Part shown: positions 61,580 through 64,000 of the stretch, piece after piece
How the letters are laid out: the number at the start of each line of letters is the position of its first letter
Numbering within the stretch: position 1 is the stretch's first letter
From: Albugo candida
Taxonomy: Eukaryota
Length of the DNA stretch: 64,000 bases
NCBI GenBank assembly: GCA_040437565.1
Contig: JBDOQK010000010.1
Span: 372,001-436,000 of the forward strand
Reading direction: 5' to 3'
Translations under genes and position numbers: made by a program
Notes under the pieces: model-generated
Seen by the model: the letters and a program-made list of their open reading frames with translations, nothing else
Told to the model about the DNA's origin: nothing
The model's database searches: none

Positions 61580-64000
61580 TTACGTTGAAGCAGTAACATA
61601 GCTACCCCTCATCGACCAATCAGATCGATAGTACATAATTGACAGGTTATGAGCCCAGATAAACGTGTTGATGGTGCGGCTAAACCAGCCGCACCTACCG
61701 TTGTGGTCCATGGTTAAGATAAGGCCAACGATTACTACCACGAAGAAAAGTCGGCAGCGCCTGTGGAGGCTATCAAAAAGATGCTTTTCATGCTCGGGAC
61801 CTGTCCGAATGTATGGATCGGATGGAGGTCTCCCAGAGAGAGCAAGACAGCAGGCTGAGTACGGAATCACCCGAGTCGCGTGCCGTCAACCTGGAAAGGG
61901 AGGTCGGGGAAGGAATCAATACCCAGACCTTGGAACAAACCCCTCCCAAGTATTATTGAACGTGTCGCCAGCGACTTACTTCGGAATATGGCGACAGCAG
62001 AAACAGGCAGGAATTGAAGGGACCCCTGCGAGATTTGCAGACCCAGGAATCCGCATGAGTCAGTCACCCCACACTGGGGCATACGGGGCCGGTTTACCTG
62101 CGGGAGACCATCCTGGTATAGGTATTCCCAATCGAGGGTATGTAGACCCTGGGCAGCCGACGATCCGCATGCCGGACGCGCAACAACGGAAGCTCGTGTT
62201 GCAACCTTTTGATGGGAAGGAACTCTACCACGGTCTTGGTAGTGGTTTCATTGAGAGGGGCAAATAATTTGTCCGTCAAGTCGGGTTCCCGAAGCGTGCG
62301 TGTGGCTTCTTCTGGCCATAAGATATCAAGGTTGATGTCCTAGGTCAGCACCTAGCCGGCAAGGCCCAGACGTACTACCGTCAGCAGGTCGAGACATGGT
62401 CTCGTGAAAGCCAAACTTTCGAATATGGGATGCAAGAAATGTTGTAGACCTTCAATACGAAGATCTCGCCTGCAAAAAGGATGAAGCTGTTCAAGGCACC
62501 CAAGGCATTTCATCAAAACTCGACGGACCATTTTATCGATTTGACGGCAGTCAGCGATGCCTGTGGAGGTGCAGACAACTTTGTGCTGGACATTATTTTT
62601 CATTATTCTGATCCACACATGCGGATGACGATGTTGTCCAGGTTGACATCCAACGTATAGATTACCTATAGCAAGCAGAAGAATTAGCACAATTTGTCTA
62701 ATTTACGGAGGTGGACACTCATGCCAAGAACTTCGGTCGAGATGTGGTGAACACTGTGGAACCTCGTGAAGAAGTTCAAAGACGAGGTCAAGTCAAGAAC
62801 ACCGCAACCACGAACCGACACCCGGACTTGATTTAAATGTGGCGAGGTCGGGCACATTACGTCGTGGTGCCCGCTGATAAAGAAGAAACCCGCGGGTGCG
62901 AACTTCGTTTTCGTGCTTGAACATGGTGCGGGTGACAAAGCCAGCCAATGGATACTTGACAGCGGTTCGAGCAGACATTTTGTCAATGAACCCAGCCTGC
63001 TCACCGACCCGACCAATTGGCGAAGTGAGTGTCTGACCGCAGACACCGATGGAAGTGCGCTGCGGATCACCCAACATGGGACTGTGGACATTCACGTTAT
63101 CACACTTGGTGTTGAGAACACAGGAAGACACCTCAACGTTCAGTACGCGGAAAACCTCGAGCGTATCACTATTTCCTATGGGTCGCTCGAGGCCAAGGGT
63201 TGCTTACTCGAATATTGAGGACGGTGGCGCGTCTTTTCCTCCAGTGTTGGTGGTACGCCCATCATGGATGTAGAATGTTGCAACATTGTCTTGGTTGTTG
63301 CTGTGACTCGTCACAGCAATGATAATACCAAGCCACCACGGCAGACAATGATATCGGTGATCAATTCGCCTGAATATGATGCGATTCGGATGTTCAGTGC
63401 GTACCTTAATGCACTTTTATCGGCGTCTAGGGCCCCTATGTTTCGACACGATCACCAAGATGGCTCAGGATCAAGTGTCAGCCTTACAGCTGACTGACAC
63501 GACACGTCAAAGATTTCTGGCCTGAGCCAAAGGGAAAGCAGACCAAGCGAGTACAGTCAAAGAGGAACACGGGCACAAATTCGCCAATCGATGTGATCGG
63601 TAGCGCCCTCATTTGTTCGGACCTCAAAGGCCCTATGACCCCCGAGATCGTTTGATAATCAGATACATGGTCAACTTCATTGATCATCGTTTTAGCTACT
63701 GTCCNNNNNNNNNNNNNNNNNNNNNNNNNNNNNNNNNNNNNNNNNNNNNNNNNNNNNNNNNNNNNNNNNNNNNNNNNNNNNNNNNNNNNNNNNNNNNNNN
63801 NNNNACGACATGATGGCGGATATTCTCACGAAGTCGTTGTCCGCACCAAGACTGGAGGAGCTACGTAAGATGTTCAACTTGAAGGCAACTCAGGCTGACG
63901 TCGAGAAGGAGTGTTAAAAGATGTTAGTTCTGACGGGTATGAGTTCCCCAAGGGTAAATGCAAGACCTGTTACAGGTTATGTCGACCTCAACTGACTGGC
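61580..64000 (+). mobile_element. Ty1/Copia LTR retrotransposon 2, degenerate; most of IN-RT hidden in gap 63705-63804; runs off the window
   Basis: LTR-like end ...ATTGACA (61644) plus PBS GGTTATGAGCCCAG; gag (RKLVLQPFDGKELYHGLGSG); Zn knuckle (*FKCGEVGHITSWC); protease (WILDSGSSRH); integrase start (ICSDLKGPMTP); RNase H end (DMMADILTKSL); PPT GAGAAGGAG; 3' LTR starts TGTTAAAAG at 63912. Confidence 0.9.

Larger units (their letters stand above)
1871..63804. other. Fifteen 100-N scaffold gaps (starts at 1871, 5006, 9820, 20255, 23388, 25074, 30230, 38120, 38708, 40351, 45014, 47997, 49639, 56503, 63705)
   Basis: All runs are exactly 100 N. Eleven are flanked by near-identical direct duplications, i.e. 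unmerged contig overlaps. Confidence 0.95.

Overview
Eukaryotic, oomycete-type genomic DNA. It is most likely Albugo (white rust), inferred from CxxCxxxxxG 'CCG'-like effector genes, 30-70 nt GT-AG introns, very short intergenic spacers and oomycete-style Copia gag motifs. The window has three zones. (1) 1-6.6 kb: tandem CCG-like Cys-module effector paralogues. (2) 7.3-34.4 kb: a compact block of housekeeping genes: OTU deubiquitinase, Vac8-like ARM protein, 3R-Myb, NFU1, PH-TM-SMP lipid-transfer protein, mitochondrial EF-G, PinX1-like G-patch protein, delta-12 desaturase, cardiolipin synthase, PEBP, CAD-type ADH, a 5-exon LSm5 missed by the ORF track, and mL54. (3) 34.9-64 kb: a gene-poor zone of disrupted or decayed CCG-like paralogues and nested transposons. 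In zone 3, a MULE-like transposase/Ulp1-protease gene is split by an L1-like LINE (16-bp TSD) and by a Copia LTR element, and a second Copia follows. Fifteen 100-N scaffold gaps, 11 of them with duplicated flanks, create artefactual duplications and frameshifts. No RNA genes or CRISPR arrays were recognised. All calls come from manual reading; no database searches were run.
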